64,000 nt of DNA from Convolutriloba macropyga. Its lineage: Eukaryota. The stretch lies in assembly GCF_964194025.1 (NCBI RefSeq), contig NC_134468.1, positions 6,200,001 through 6,264,000 of the forward strand, written 5' to 3'. Below, one piece after another: positions 62,386-64,000 of the stretch (the first letter of the stretch is position 1; the number at the start of each line of letters is the position of its first letter). Both the position numbers and the translations under genes were made by a program. Under the pieces are notes generated by a model. It was given only the letters and a program-made list of their open reading frames with translations, was not told the DNA's origin and ran no database searches.

Positions 62386-64000
62386 ATAAATCATTACAAA
62401 AGGTGTGAAAAAAGTTGCCAGAAAAAAGCTGCAATAGCTTCGTAGATCTGCAGTCTCAAAAAAAAAACAGTAAAAAGGACAGACCAAAAAAATTCGTCTT
62501 TTCATTGAAGGCTGATATGTTATATTTTGATTAAAAATCTGTAAAAGTTTTTGCCTCTATTAACTGCTCTGAAATAACTTCATTTAGAGTGACAAGCACC
62601 GATTTGACCTTATCTCTTTGAATTAAAGTAAATAAAAGTCAATTTCAAAGTGAGGAAGTCATTTTTGAGAATGAGGTAAGTCAAGTGTGACCAAAAATTT
62701 AATCACGCGAATGAACAAAAAACTCAGAGCGAAAAATGACGTAACGCACGCACTTCAGTTGAAATTGCATGAACGAATGAACAAAAAGCAGATTTGAAGT
62801 GGTTGTGACGTCATATGGTCATAACAAAAATCGCCACGACGAAATAAAAAAAAAGAGAAGGCCAATAATAGCCCCAGCTATCGCTGTGCGGCTATCAAAC
62901 ACAATTACGAAAATTAGGCCAGAAGTCTCCATAAAATTAATGTCCTGAGAAAACTGACAGAAGTTCACAGTCCAATAATAGTAATATTCACTAATCCGAA
63001 GAAGAAAAATGAAACGTTAAGTGGATGCCTCTATAAGAGACATCGGAAATGCTCACATTCTCGTTCTTAAAACGCTAAAAAGCGTACGTCTGCGATATAG
63101 AAGTGGAAATCATCATTACCAAGCCCAAAACATGGGGAAGAACGACCTGCAAAACCAGGCTTATGATTTTGACAAATTTGAAAAGCAGTAAAAAGCCAGA
63201 AAAACTTTGAACCCAAATAATGTAGAGCTTTTACACCTATTACAATCCAAGCCCTTTCATTGCAAAAAAAAGAAATTCAGAAATAACAAATAAAAAACAG
63301 TCAGGAGAGGGAAAAGAAATATAGTTGAAACAGATTTGAACATGAGTTGCAAAACTTATGGCTGAGAATAAAGATAAAAGTGTTCCACGCAAAAACCTCT
63401 GATTATTAATTATATCCATATTTTAGAATAAATATCAAACAATTGTTCTGTGTTTAGAGCCCTATTACTTGTCTTTCATTGGCAGAGCTCTATAAAATTG
63501 TCCTTTCGATTAACTTTCAATATCAATTGAGGTTTATATCACTAATGTAAATTTTAAAGTTGAGTGCAAGAATTCCTTACAATTCGAGTGAGGCCGCAAA
63601 AACAATTGATTGCGAAGAACAACAACGTAGTCGCAAGAAATCTGACAGAATGAACGCTTAACTTCACAAAGTCCACAGCGTGTAGTTCGACAATGATTCA
63701 CTCCGTCAAATTTATATCTAAAAGAGAAGGACAAACAGACTTTCCGCTGCAAATTATCTACAAAAACCAAACGAAAAGATAAAATTAAGAAACCGAACGG
63801 TTAATAAGTCTCATTCATTCACTCATTGATGCGAGTTTTCTGTTTTCGAACAATCGTGTTTTCTGTTTAAGAATTAAATAAGAATAACAGTTGCTACAAA
63901 AAATAACTATAGAAACAGAGCCCTATTACAAAACTTTCAAGAAACAGTACAAATGCGGTTACGTATAGCGTAATCAATGTCATATACATGTTAAATAAAC

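Overview
AT-rich, repeat-rich animal (invertebrate-like) genomic DNA with multi-kb spliceosomal introns; the species cannot be assigned from the sequence. The left part holds three co-oriented minus-strand housekeeping genes: a CtIP/RBBP8 (SAE2 domain) gene, a divergent GFRP/GCHFR-like gene, and MGME1 with a 1-nt homopolymer frameshift. The main observation is a tandem pair of plus-strand DEG/ENaC (ASIC/ENaC-family) channel genes. Gene A (24167-44962, 10 exons, ~910 aa, hand-spliced) is complete; gene B (49083 onward) is truncated by the window edge. Both carry an LDLa + degenerate LDLa + CUB cassette inserted in the extracellular finger region. In gene A this is followed by a furin-flanked basic peptide and an acidic Tyr-rich tract. 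Both lack the pre-TM1 HG motif, and gene A has an altered TM2 (GWS filter; both post-filter acidic residues changed to Gln). The CUB exons appear to use non-canonical GA/GC splice donors. These small exons are invisible in the ORF track. Introns and intergenic DNA are filled with several families of Helentron/DINE-like non-autonomous elements and a MITE. All gene models are manual reconstructions without transcript evidence.
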